From Candidatus Limnocylindria bacterium (lineage in GTDB: Bacteria; Chloroflexota; Limnocylindria; P2-11E): a DNA stretch of 64,000 bases. The DNA is taken from assembly GCA_036002305.1 (NCBI GenBank), contig DASYTL010000020.1, positions 35,852 through 99,851 of the forward strand. Reading direction: 5' to 3'. The position numbers were made by a program, and so were the translations under genes. Below the pieces are notes generated by a model. It searched no databases, had not been told where the DNA came from, and saw only the letters and a list, made by a program, of their open reading frames with translations. Every line of letters begins with the position of its first letter. The first letter of the stretch is position 1. Positions 55,483 to 64,000 of the stretch are shown here, one piece after another.

Positions 55483-57060
55483 ATGTTGCGACGGCCGAGA
55501 TCCACCGGAGCGGTCATCCTGATCCTGGCGACGATCCTCGCGGCCTGCGCGCCCGCCGCGCCCGGCGCCCAGTCGCAGTCGCCCGGCGGCAACCAGCCGA
55601 AGAAGGGCGGCACGCTCATCGTCGCGCGGCAGGGCGAGGTGACCAACCTCGACCCGCACAAAGTGCCTGCCTTCACGTCGGCGCGCGTCTTCGAGCTCGT
55701 CTACAGCTACGTCATGCGACTCGACGAGAACCTCGGCGTGCAGCCCGACCTCGCCGAATCGGCCCCGACGGTCTCCGCGGACGGCAAGCAGGTCACCATC
55801 AGCCTCCGCAAGGGCGTCAAGTTCCACAACGGCGACCCGCTCACGAGCGCGGACGTGAAGTACACGTTCGACCGGATCATCGACGCGAAGACCGTGGCCG
55901 TAGCGCGCTCGTTCTTCGCCGACGTCGGCACGATCACCGCCCCCAACGAGACCACCGTCGTCTTCGACCTGAAGGCGCCGAACGCGGCGCTCATCGCCTA
56001 CATGGCTCACCCGAACACCGGCATCGTCTCCAAGAAGATCGGGGAAGCGAACGCCGACCTCTCCAAGAAGGAGACCGCCATCGGGAGCGGACCCTTCAAG
56101 CTCGCCGAATGGGTGCCCGACAACTACATGCGCTTCGAGGCGAACAAGGACTACTACGTCTCCGGTCAGCCCTACCTGGAGGGTGTGCGCATCAACGTCA
56201 TCCCGGACGAGACGGGGATCGTCGCGGCGCTGCGCACGAAGGCCGCGGACATGGGGATCATCTTCGACGCGAAGGTCGCGCGGACCCTGCGCAGCGAGTC
56301 CGGCGTGAACCTCTCGGCGAAGCCGAGCCTCAGCTACAACCTGCTCTTCGTGAACACGAGGCGGAAGCCGTTCGACAACCTCAAGGTGCGCCAGGCGATT
56401 GCGTACGCCATCGACCGCAAGGCGATCATCGACGCGGTCGCTTTCGGGGAGGGCGAGATCGCCGGGCCCATCGCTCCGGCGCTCACCAACTACGCCCTTC
56501 CGACGTCGCAGTACCCGCTCTACACGCGCGACGTGGCGAAAGCCAAGCAGCTCCTGCAGGAGGCCAACGTCGGGACTGTGTCGTTCACGATGCTCACGCA
56601 GACGACCGAGCCCGCGTACGCCAAGGACATCGCGCAGCTCGTGCAGGCGCAGCTCGGCGAGGCCGGCATCCAGATGAAGATCGAGGCGCTCGAGTTCACT
56701 CAGTGGGTCGAACGCTGGCTCAAGGCGGACTTCGACATGGCCCCGGGCCTGAACGGCGGCGGCCCGGATCCCGACTTCTACCTCTTCCGCTACTTCACCG
56801 ACGACGGGAATCTCAACTTCGTCACGAGCTACAAGAACCCGGTGTCGAGCGATGCGATCAAGGCGGCGCGCGCGACCACCGACGTCGCCAAGCGCAAGGA
56901 CTACTACACCACCGCGCAGAAGGAGCTCGTGAACGGCGTTCCGTTCGTCTGGCTCTACGTCGGGCGTGACTACAACGCGACGCTGCCCTCGACGAAGGGC
57001 TTCACGCACCTCCCGAACGGCTCGATCATCTATCTCCGCCAGACCTGGCTCGACAAATAA
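55483..57060 (+). CDS. ABC transporter substrate-binding lipoprotein, family 5 (peptide/nickel)
   Basis: Track ORF 55351..57060, trimmed to ATG at 55483 (GAAGGGGAGGG upstream). Lipobox ILAAC. SLRKGVKFHNGDPLTSADVKYTF. Confidence 0.9.
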   Translation: MLRRPRSTGAVILILATILAACAPAAPGAQSQSPGGNQPKKGGTLIVARQGEVTNLDPHKVPAFTSARVFELVYSYVMRLDENLGVQPDLAESAPTVSADGKQVTISLRKGVKFHNGDPLTSADVKYTFDRIIDAKTVAVARSFFADVGTITAPNETTVVFDLKAPNAALIAYMAHPNTGIVSKKIGEANADLSKKETAIGSGPFKLAEWVPDNYMRFEANKDYYVSGQPYLEGVRINVIPDETGIVAALRTKAADMGIIFDAKVARTLRSESGVNLSAKPSLSYNLLFVNTRRKPFDNLKVRQAIAYAIDRKAIIDAVAFGEGEIAGPIAPALTNYALPTSQYPLYTRDVAKAKQLLQEANVGTVSFTMLTQTTEPAYAKDIAQLVQAQLGEAGIQMKIEALEFTQWVERWLKADFDMAPGLNGGGPDPDFYLFRYFTDDGNLNFVTSYKNPVSSDAIKAARATTDVAKRKDYYTTAQKELVNGVPFVWLYVGRDYNATLPSTKGFTHLPNGSIIYLRQTWLDK

Positions 57061-57106
57061 CAGGAGTGGCCGCGGGGGGCGCAGCCTCCCGCGGCTGTTC
57101 TAGCCC

Positions 57107-58060
57107 GTGAGCCGCTATCTGCTGACCCGGCTGATCGGCGCGATCCCCACCCTGCTCGGAGTCTCGCTGCTCACCTTCCTCTTCATCCGGCTCATCCCAG
57201 GTGACGCGATCGCCGCGCGCCTCGGCACCTCCACGGCGCTCACGCCGGAGCAGCTCGCGAGCCTTCGTGCCTTCTTCGGACTCGACCAGCCGCTCCCGCT
57301 GCAGTACTGGAACTGGCTCACGTCGCTGCTGCGGGGAGACGCGGGGTACTCGATCCGGACCGGCCGCCCGGTCCTGGTCGAGATCGCGGAGCGGCTGCCG
57401 GCGACCCTCGAGCTCGCGGCGGGGGCCACGCTGATCGCGGTCGCCATCGGGATCCCGCTCGGCCTGCTGTCGGCGATGCGTCCGCGCTCGCGGCTCGACG
57501 TCCTGGTGCGCGTCGGCGGCCTGATCGGCCTCTCGCTGCCGAGCTTCTGGCTCGGCACGCTCATCATCGTCCTCTTCTCGCTCTATCTGCGGTGGCTTCC
57601 CAACACGGGTGGGTACGTCGACTTCGTCCGCGATCCGCTGGGCAACCTCCGCCTCCTCCTCTTCCCCGCCCTCACGCTCGGGGTCGCGCTGGCCGCGGCC
57701 ACGATGCGGATGACGCGCTCGGCCATGCTGGATGTGCTCAGCGCGGATTACGTCCGGACCGCGACCGCCAAAGGCCTGGGGCGGCCGCTCGTCGTGCGGC
57801 GTCACGTGCTCAAAAACGGGCTCATCGTCGTGGTGACGCTGCTCGGCATCCAGGTCGGCCAGCTCCTCGGCGGCGCGGTCGTCGTGGAGGAGATCTTCAC
57901 CATCCCCGGCGTCGGCCGGATGCTCCTCGCCGCGATCGTGCAGCGTGACTACGCGCTCGTGCAGGGAGCCGTGCTCGCGATAGCGATCATCTTTGTCCTG
58001 CTGAACATCGTCGTGGACCTGCTCTATGGCTACCTGGATCCCCGAATCCGCCTCGCCTAG
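57107..58060 (+). CDS. peptide/nickel ABC transporter permease (DppB-like)
   Basis: 317 aa. MSRYLLTRLIGAIPTLLGVSLLTFLF; DYVRTATAKGLGRPLVVRRHVLKNG. Confidence 0.9.
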   Translation: MSRYLLTRLIGAIPTLLGVSLLTFLFIRLIPGDAIAARLGTSTALTPEQLASLRAFFGLDQPLPLQYWNWLTSLLRGDAGYSIRTGRPVLVEIAERLPATLELAAGATLIAVAIGIPLGLLSAMRPRSRLDVLVRVGGLIGLSLPSFWLGTLIIVLFSLYLRWLPNTGGYVDFVRDPLGNLRLLLFPALTLGVALAAATMRMTRSAMLDVLSADYVRTATAKGLGRPLVVRRHVLKNGLIVVVTLLGIQVGQLLGGAVVVEEIFTIPGVGRMLLAAIVQRDYALVQGAVLAIAIIFVLLNIVVDLLYGYLDPRIRLA

Positions 58061-58913
58061 GCTCGCGGGCGCCGGGCGCTCGTTCGGATGGACGGGCTTC
58101 ACGTCGGCGATAGCCCGCGAACCGGTCGCGCTGCTCGGCCTCGTGCTGGTCCTCCTCTACGTGCTGGTCGCCCTGACCGTCACGTTCCTCCCGCTGCGTG
58201 ACCCGCTGCAGATCTCCACGAACCGCCTCGCCGCGCCGTCGCTGGAGTTCCCGCTCGGCACCGACGCCCTCGGCCGCGACCTCCTGAGCCGGGTCCTGTT
58301 CGGTGCGCGCCTCTCGATCCAGGTCTCGGCCTTCTCCGTAGCGCTCGCGACTCTGGTCGGCGGACTGCTCGGGCTCATCTCCGGCTACCTCGGCGGCGCG
58401 ACAGACCTCGTGATCGGCCGCGTCCTGGACGTGTTCTTCGCTTTTCCCGCAATCCTGCTCGCGCTCGGCATCGTCGCGGCGCTGGGGCCCGATCCGAACA
58501 ACGTGATCCTCGCGATCGGCGTGGTCTACACGCCGATCTTCGCGCGCGTGGTGCGCGGTCCTGTGCTCGCGCTCAAGGCGCGGGACTTCGTCGAGGCCGC
58601 GCGCGCCATTGGCGCGACGCGTGCGCGTATCGTCGCCCGCCACATCGTGCCGAACCTTCTGTCGACGCTCATCGTCCAGGTGAGCCTCGCGCTCTCGTGG
58701 TCCGTCCTGACCGAGGGAGCCCTGTCGTTCCTCGGCCTCTCCGCGCAGCCGCCCGCGCCGTCGTGGGGCGTCATGCTGAACGAGGGCCGCCAGTACCTCG
58801 AGTTCGCGACGCACCTCGCGCTGTTCCCGGGGATGGCGATCATGGTCGCGGTCCTGGGCTTCAATCTGCTCGGGGACGGGCTGCGCGACGCGCTCGACCC
58901 GCAGCGCCGATGA
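58026..58913 (+). CDS. peptide/nickel ABC transporter permease (DppC-like)
   Basis: 295 aa. FVEAARAIGATRARIVARHIVPN. It overlaps the previous gene by 35 nt if the start is at 58026. Confidence 0.9.
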   Translation: MATWIPESASPRLAGAGRSFGWTGFTSAIAREPVALLGLVLVLLYVLVALTVTFLPLRDPLQISTNRLAAPSLEFPLGTDALGRDLLSRVLFGARLSIQVSAFSVALATLVGGLLGLISGYLGGATDLVIGRVLDVFFAFPAILLALGIVAALGPDPNNVILAIGVVYTPIFARVVRGPVLALKARDFVEAARAIGATRARIVARHIVPNLLSTLIVQVSLALSWSVLTEGALSFLGLSAQPPAPSWGVMLNEGRQYLEFATHLALFPGMAIMVAVLGFNLLGDGLRDALDPQRR

Positions 58914-59383
58914 GGATCGCGGGCGCGACTCGGGCGCATGTTGGCCCGCTCGCCCGCATGCTCTCGCGATCTCCACTCCTCGTGCGGTACGGCGTGACCG
59001 AGCGCGGCGCGCGCGCGAGCCTCGGCGAGGCCCTCCGCGCTCGGGACATCGTCCTCGTCGCGCTCGACCGGGGCGAGGTGATCGGCCTCGCCTGGCTCAT
59101 CGTGACGCGTGCGCTCGATCGCACCGCGTACCTGCGGCTCCTGCTCGTCGCCGATGGTCGGCAGTCCGAGGGCCTCGGCGCGGCGCTCCTCGCCGGAGGG
59201 GAGCGGCGGGCCCGCGCGGCCGGATGCCGGCACCTGGCGCTCCTCGTGACCGCGTCGAACCGGCGGGCCCGCACCTTCTATTCGCGCCACGGCTACCGCT
59301 CCATCGGCACCCTCCCGGACTTCGTCCGGCCTGGGATCGCCGAAGCCCTCTACCTGAAGAGCTGGCGCGCCCGGCGCCGCTGA
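58910..59383 (+). CDS. GNAT family N-acetyltransferase
   Basis: 3' part of track ORF 58697..59383. The ATG at 58910 overlaps the permease stop (ATGA). 157 aa. LLLVADGRQSEGLGAALLAGGERRARAAGCRHLALLVTASNRRARTFYSRHGY (acetyl-CoA motif A region). Confidence 0.85.
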   Translation: MRIAGATRAHVGPLARMLSRSPLLVRYGVTERGARASLGEALRARDIVLVALDRGEVIGLAWLIVTRALDRTAYLRLLLVADGRQSEGLGAALLAGGERRARAAGCRHLALLVTASNRRARTFYSRHGYRSIGTLPDFVRPGIAEALYLKSWRARRR

Positions 59384-59420
59384 CATCGCTCAAGGTCCCT
59401 ACCTTGCAACCGTCGAGCTC

Positions 59421-61094
59421 ATGACCGGGGTCGGGGAGCGCGCGGAGCGCATCGCGCTGCTCGCGGAGCGGCGCTGGGAGCTGCTGCGGGACGACGATGA
59501 CGCGGCCGTGCGGGATCGGGCCCGGCAGCTGCGCGAGCACGTCCGCACGTACGTGCTCCCGCGCGCGGCCGCGCTCGAGTCGCCGCTCCTCGTTGTGCTG
59601 CTCGGCCCGACCGGCGCGGGAAAGTCCACGCTCATGAACACGCTCGCGCGCGCGACGGTGAGCCGGACCGGAGTCCTCCGTCCCACCACCCGCCAGGCGG
59701 TCCTGCTCGCGACCGACGCGGACGCCGAGGTCCTCCGCCGTGGGGCGCTCGCGGAGGTGCCCGGCGGGCGGCTCGTCCGCGCGCCCGCCGGAAGCGCGAG
59801 GGCGGGCATCGCGATCGTCGACGCGCCGGACCTCGATTCGATCGAGCGCGCGAACCGCGCGATCGCAGATACGCTCGTGGAGGCCGCCGACCTCTGTGTG
59901 TTCGTGACCACCGCGACGCGCTACGCCGACAAGGTGCCGTTCGACGTGCTGCAGCGCATCGCGGCGCGCGGGCTTCCGCTCCTCTTCCTGGTCAACCGCC
60001 TTCCGCCCGACGAGTCGGAGCAGCGCGTAGTCCTCGCCGACCTGCGCAGGGTCCTCGCGAATACGCCGCTGCAAGGGCTCGACGATCGGAGGATCGAGAT
60101 GACCGGCATCGCCGAGGGGCGGCTCGCGGCGGACGGGGAGAGCTTCGCCCCGGACGCCGCGACGCGGGTCGTGGAGCGCGTGGACGAGCTCGCCGCCGAT
60201 CGCGAGCGGCGCGTGGCGCTCGCGCGGCGTGCCCTGGCCGGCGCGCTCGCCGGTCTCGCGCCGCTCGTGCAGCGCATCGTCACGGACCTCGAGCACGGCG
60301 CGGCGGAGGCGGACTCCTTGCGCGCGATCGCCCGGAATGCGTATGACGCCGAGCTCGCGGCCCTGCTCGAGGATCTGCGGGGCGGGACCTTCCTCCGCGC
60401 GGAAGTCCTCCGGCATTGGGAGTCGTACGTGAAGGCGGATCAGATCACGCGGTTCTTCTCGCGGGGCCTCGGGCGCATCCGCGGCACGATCGTCGCGGTC
60501 GTCCGCGGCATGCCGGAGGCGCCCGTCGGGGTCGTCGAGAAGGAAGTGGCGAGCGACGTCGTCGCGGTCACCGTCTCGCACGCGTCCGAGGCGGCGCGAC
60601 GCGTCGCGGGCGAGTGGTCGAGCCGCACGCGTCCGGCCGAGCGGCTGGCGGGCGATCCCTCGCTCTGGTCGTCGTCGCCCGACCTGGCCACGCGGGTCCA
60701 GCCGCGCCTTCGCGAGTGGATGGCGAGCATCGCGATCGACGTGCAGTCGCGCGGCGCGGCGAAGCGGGATCTGGCCTTCGGCGTCTCGCTCGGAGTGAAC
60801 GCGCTCGCGGTCGCCGCGATGGTCGGCGTCTTCGCGCACACCGCCGGCGTGACCGGCACGGAGATCGGCATCGTCGCGGCGACGGGCTTCCTCAACCAGA
60901 AGCTCCTTCAGGCCATCTTCGGCGAGGCGGCGATGCGCGAGATGATCGCCGGCGCCCGCGAGCGCCTCGAGGCGCTCCTCGCCGACGAGTTCGCGCGCGA
61001 GCGAGCGCGCTTCGAGGCGCTCGTGGCCGACCCGGCGGAGCTTCGCGCGCTCGCCGGAGATCTGCGCGCGGCCGGAACGGAGCTCGCGACGTGA
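59421..61094 (+). CDS. membrane-associated P-loop GTPase-like protein (dynamin-like / HSR1-type), degenerate G4
   Basis: 557 aa. P-loop LLGPTGAGKSTL; IAIVDAPDLDS; the G4 position reads VNRLPPD instead of NKxD. Long helical region. Hydrophobic hairpin near the C-terminus (FGVSLGVNALAVAAMVGVFAHTAGVTGTEIGIVAATGF). Confidence 0.8.
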   Translation: MTGVGERAERIALLAERRWELLRDDDDAAVRDRARQLREHVRTYVLPRAAALESPLLVVLLGPTGAGKSTLMNTLARATVSRTGVLRPTTRQAVLLATDADAEVLRRGALAEVPGGRLVRAPAGSARAGIAIVDAPDLDSIERANRAIADTLVEAADLCVFVTTATRYADKVPFDVLQRIAARGLPLLFLVNRLPPDESEQRVVLADLRRVLANTPLQGLDDRRIEMTGIAEGRLAADGESFAPDAATRVVERVDELAADRERRVALARRALAGALAGLAPLVQRIVTDLEHGAAEADSLRAIARNAYDAELAALLEDLRGGTFLRAEVLRHWESYVKADQITRFFSRGLGRIRGTIVAVVRGMPEAPVGVVEKEVASDVVAVTVSHASEAARRVAGEWSSRTRPAERLAGDPSLWSSSPDLATRVQPRLREWMASIAIDVQSRGAAKRDLAFGVSLGVNALAVAAMVGVFAHTAGVTGTEIGIVAATGFLNQKLLQAIFGEAAMREMIAGARERLEALLADEFARERARFEALVADPAELRALAGDLRAAGTELAT

Positions 61095-62680
61095 GCCTCG
61101 CGGTCTGCCTCGCTGCGCTCGCCGACGCCGCCGACGCGGCGGCCTCGCTCGGTCTGGACACATCCCGCGCGCAGGGCGTGCTCGACGAGGCGCGCGCACG
61201 GCTCGGCTTCGCCGGCTCCGCGTACGTCCTCGCGCTCGTCGGTGGGACGGGCGTGGGCAAGTCCAGCCTGCTCAACGCGCTTGCCGGCGACGTGGTCAGC
61301 CCGGCGAGCGCGCGCCGGCCCACGACGAGCGGACCCGTCGCCTGGGTGTCGCGGGGCGCGCGGACGGAGACGGCCGAGCTTCTCGCGTGGCTCGGCGTCA
61401 ACGACGTGCGCGATCACGCCGGACCCGAGTTCGGCGACGTCGCGATCCTCGACCTGCCGGACATCGATTCGACGACGCCCGAGCACCGGGCCCGTGTCGA
61501 CGGCCTCCTGCCGCGTATCGACGCCGTGGTGTGGGTCGCCGACCCGGAGAAGTACCGCGACGCCGTCCTGCACGACGACTACCTTCGCCGGTGGGCGCCG
61601 CGCCTCGCCCGCCAGCTCGTCGTCCTCAACAAGGCCGACCGCGTGCCGGGCGATGTCCAACGCGTGAGGGAGCATCTCGCGGCCAGCCTGCGCGACGACG
61701 GCCTCGAGCGGGTCGCCGTCGCGGTCACGAGCGCGACGCCCGGCGGCGACGTGCGTCAGCTCCGCGACTGGATCGCCGAGGGCGTCGAGGCGAAGCGGGT
61801 CGTGAGCGCCCGGATCGGCGCCGAGATCTGCGAAGCGGCGCGTGAGCTGGCGACGCGGGCCGGGGTGGGCGCGGGCGCGCCGCCGCTCGTGACGGCCGAT
61901 CGTCGCGCGCGAGTGCTCGCGGACGTGACGCGGGAGGCCGCCGCGGTGATCGACCTTCGCGGCCTGGAGCGCCAGGCGGTCGCGGCCACACGACTCGCCG
62001 CGCGGCCTCGCGGCGCCGGGCCTCTCGGCCCCATCACCGCCTTCATCTATCGCGCCACCGGCCGCGATCGGTCGGTCGCGGATCCAGAGGGCTACCTCCT
62101 ACGATGGCGGGAGCGCGGCAACCTCGCGCGTCCGGCCGAGCCGGTCCGCCTGCTGATCGCCGAGCTCATGTCGGGCGTCGCGCCCGAGGCGCGCGGTGCC
62201 GTCGCGTCGCTCGTCGACGTCGCGACGCTGCGGGACCGCGTCGCCGGCGCGATCGACACGGCCGTGGCGTCGCGTGTCGAGGAGGTCCGCGCCCCGGCGA
62301 GCTGGGTATGGACGGTCATCGGCGCGCTTCAGTACGTCGTCACCGCGGGCATGCTCTTCGTCGCGCTCTGGCTGGCCGCGGTGTTCTTCCTGCACGCGCC
62401 GTTCGCGAGCGTCGACGTGCCGGTGCTCGGGCCCATCCCCACGCCGCTCCTCGTCCTCGCCGGTCTGCTCCTCGCGGGGTACATCCTCGCCCGCTTGCTC
62501 GGCGCGCACGCCGGTCTGCTCGGGCGGCGATGGGCCCAACGCTTGCGCGACGACCTGACGCACGAGCTCGAGACGCGACTCGGCGAGGCGCTCTTCGCGC
62601 CGCTCGCGATCGTCGATGCGTCGCGCGCGCGCGTCGCGGCCGCGCGAGTCGCCATCGACGCGGAGTGCGGGCCCGAGTGA
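61091..62680 (+). CDS. membrane-anchored GTPase (dynamin-like / HSR1-type), canonical NKAD
   Basis: Track ORF 60416..62680, trimmed to the GTG at 61091 that overlaps the upstream stop (GTGA). 529 aa. LVGGTGVGKSSLLNAL; VAILDLPDIDS; VVLNKADRV. Two C-terminal TM segments (WVWTVIGALQYVVTAGMLFVALWLAAVFFL; PLLVLAGLLLAGYILARLLG). Confidence 0.8.
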   Translation: MSLAVCLAALADAADAAASLGLDTSRAQGVLDEARARLGFAGSAYVLALVGGTGVGKSSLLNALAGDVVSPASARRPTTSGPVAWVSRGARTETAELLAWLGVNDVRDHAGPEFGDVAILDLPDIDSTTPEHRARVDGLLPRIDAVVWVADPEKYRDAVLHDDYLRRWAPRLARQLVVLNKADRVPGDVQRVREHLAASLRDDGLERVAVAVTSATPGGDVRQLRDWIAEGVEAKRVVSARIGAEICEAARELATRAGVGAGAPPLVTADRRARVLADVTREAAAVIDLRGLERQAVAATRLAARPRGAGPLGPITAFIYRATGRDRSVADPEGYLLRWRERGNLARPAEPVRLLIAELMSGVAPEARGAVASLVDVATLRDRVAGAIDTAVASRVEEVRAPASWVWTVIGALQYVVTAGMLFVALWLAAVFFLHAPFASVDVPVLGPIPTPLLVLAGLLLAGYILARLLGAHAGLLGRRWAQRLRDDLTHELETRLGEALFAPLAIVDASRARVAAARVAIDAECGPE

Positions 62681-62783
62681 GGACGCGGCGGCTGCCGCTG
62701 CGTGCTGCGGGCGAGCGTGGCCAAGTCAGGCGACGCGTGCGAGCGCTCGCTGCTCGATTAAGGCGGTCGCCGCGACGATTTGC

Positions 62784-64000
62784 TCAGCTCGCGCGAGGCA
62801 GCGGGGGGAGGACGACCTCGGGCTCGGCCTCCGCGAGCTGGCGGCGGAGGATCTTGCCGATGAGGCTCTTCGGCAGCTCGTCGCGGAAGGCGACGGCGAC
62901 GGGGACCTTGTAGGGGGCGAGGCTCGCCCGGCAGTGGTCCACGATCTCCTCGGCCGTGGCCGTCATCCCGGGCCGCAGCACGACAAAGGCCTTCACCACC
63001 TCGCCCTTCGACGCATGCGGTACGCCGACCGCGGCGGCCTCGAGCACCGCGGGATGCGCGTACAGGACCTCGTCCACCTCGCGCGGGTACACCTTGAAGC
63101 CGGACACGATGATCATCTCCTTCTTCCGGTCGACCACGAAGAAGTAGCCGTCCTCGTCCATCCGCACGATGTCGCCGGTGTGCAGCCACCCGTCCCGCAG
63201 GACAAGGGCGGTCTCCTCGGGGCGATTCCAGTACCCGTCCATCAGATTGGGTCCGCGCACACAAAGTTCCCCCGGCTCGCCGGGATCCACCTCGCGCGTG
63301 CCGGTCTCGAGGTCGACGATCTTGCAGTCGACGTCCGGCATGGGGATGCCGACCGATCCGGGCTTGCGCGGGCCCTCGCGGGGATTGGAGTGCGTCACCG
63401 GCGCCGCTTCGGTCAGCCCGTATCCCTCGAGCATCTTCCCGCCCGTCAGCTGCTCGAAGCGCTGCATCACCTCGAGCGGGAGCGGAGCGGACCCCGAAAG
63501 GAACCACTCGATCGAGCGCAGGTCGTACTTCGCGAGGTCGCGCGATTCGTTGAGGAGGACGTAGATCCGCGGCGCGCCCGGGAAGAAGCGCGGCCGGTGC
63601 TTCTCGATGGCGAGGAAGATGTGCCGGAGCTCCGGCCGAGGTATGAGCACCATCGTCATCGCCTTGAGGACGGCGTGGCTCATCACGACGGTGAGCCCGT
63701 ACACGTGGAAGAACGGCATGATCGCGAGGATCCGGTCCCCTTCCCCGACAGTCGAGTGCCAAGCGTGGCACTGGTGTACGTTCGCCACGAGCGCGCGGTG
63801 CGACAGCATCGCGCCCTTCGGCACCCCGGTCGTGCCACCGGTGTACTGAAGGACGGCGAGATCCGACGGCGCGACCTCGACCGCCACGCGCGCTCCGCCG
63901 CCGCCGAGGACATCGCGGAGCCAGACCGCGCGCGCATCGCCGCTGATGTCCACGCGATGACCTTCCTTGCGCTCCCGGAGGAGCGTGAAGAGAAGGCGCA
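62784..64000 (-). CDS. fadD: long-chain-fatty-acid--CoA ligase / AMP-binding enzyme (C-terminal about 405 aa; N-terminus beyond right edge)
   Basis: Track ORF 62784..63953, and the frame stays open to 64000. YTGGTTGVPKGAMLSH, GYGLTEAAP, TGDIVRMDEDGYFFVVDRKKEMI, PKSLIGKILRR. Confidence 0.9.
   Translation of the reverse strand, partial: RLLFTLLRERKEGHRVDISGDARAVWLRDVLGGGGARVAVEVAPSDLAVLQYTGGTTGVPKGAMLSHRALVANVHQCHAWHSTVGEGDRILAIMPFFHVYGLTVVMSHAVLKAMTMVLIPRPELRHIFLAIEKHRPRFFPGAPRIYVLLNESRDLAKYDLRSIEWFLSGSAPLPLEVMQRFEQLTGGKMLEGYGLTEAAPVTHSNPREGPRKPGSVGIPMPDVDCKIVDLETGTREVDPGEPGELCVRGPNLMDGYWNRPEETALVLRDGWLHTGDIVRMDEDGYFFVVDRKKEMIIVSGFKVYPREVDEVLYAHPAVLEAAAVGVPHASKGEVVKAFVVLRPGMTATAEEIVDHCRASLAPYKVPVAVAFRDELPKSLIGKILRRQLAEAEPEVVLPPLPRAS

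Noticed and set aside
54049-57009. Upstream 987 codons of the 1243-aa minus-strand ORF 53278..57009
   Set aside because: It is Arg/Asp/Val-rich low-complexity sequence with no recognisable motifs. It lies exactly antisense to two well-supported plus-strand genes (SDR 54133..55071 and SBP 55483..57060). Only the last 256 codons (YgiD-like) look real. Long antisense ORFs are expected in very GC-rich DNA.
59097-61199. 700-aa minus-strand ORF
   Set aside because: Antisense to the GNAT gene and the first GTPase gene. Arg-rich composition and no motifs.

Overview
Gene-dense, visibly very GC-rich bacterial chromosomal DNA. GC content was not computed, but third codon positions are almost always G/C, GTG/TTG starts are common, and ATGA/GTGA stop-start overlaps are frequent. 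I can support about 60 protein-coding genes, two apparently frameshifted genes, a few hairpin terminators and several palindromic candidate operators. I found no rRNA, tRNA, CRISPR array, transposase or integrase. The gene content (SARP regulator, UdgX-type glycosylase, DUF2277, HxlR, paired membrane GTPases, large S8 proteases) suggests an actinobacterium-like or similar high-GC lineage; this is inference only. Left to right: rhomboid; dCache-HAMP sensor plus TPR-like partner; CspA; AceE; peptidase E; ArsR-SRPBCC pair; giant S8 protease; PAS-GGDEF-EAL; EttA; M1 aminopeptidase; MoaA; second S8 protease; Rdx/thioredoxin-like pair; HAD; frameshifted HxlR divergent from an acyl-CoA dehydrogenase; SARP; RHH protein coupled to HtrA; peptide ABC importer without ATPase; MFS; frameshifted RusA-like gene coupled to a UdgX-like gene. 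The most unusual region follows. It is a ~10.5 kb minus-strand operon (37.0-47.5 kb) in the order PstS-like lipoprotein, sensor kinase, REC-REC-kinase hybrid, 12-TM transporter-like protein, VTC (polyphosphate-polymerase-type) domain protein, REC plus degenerate HD-GYP, NarL-type regulator, CheY, canonical HD-GYP. A second kinase/REC pair is transcribed divergently from it, and an 18-bp perfect palindrome lies in the shared intergenic region. To the right are DUF2277, a trans-3-hydroxyproline-type gene pair, YgiD, an SDR, a second ATPase-less peptide ABC importer coupled to a GNAT, a translationally coupled membrane GTPase pair, and a partial acyl-CoA synthetase. All family calls come from motifs read by eye; no database search was run.
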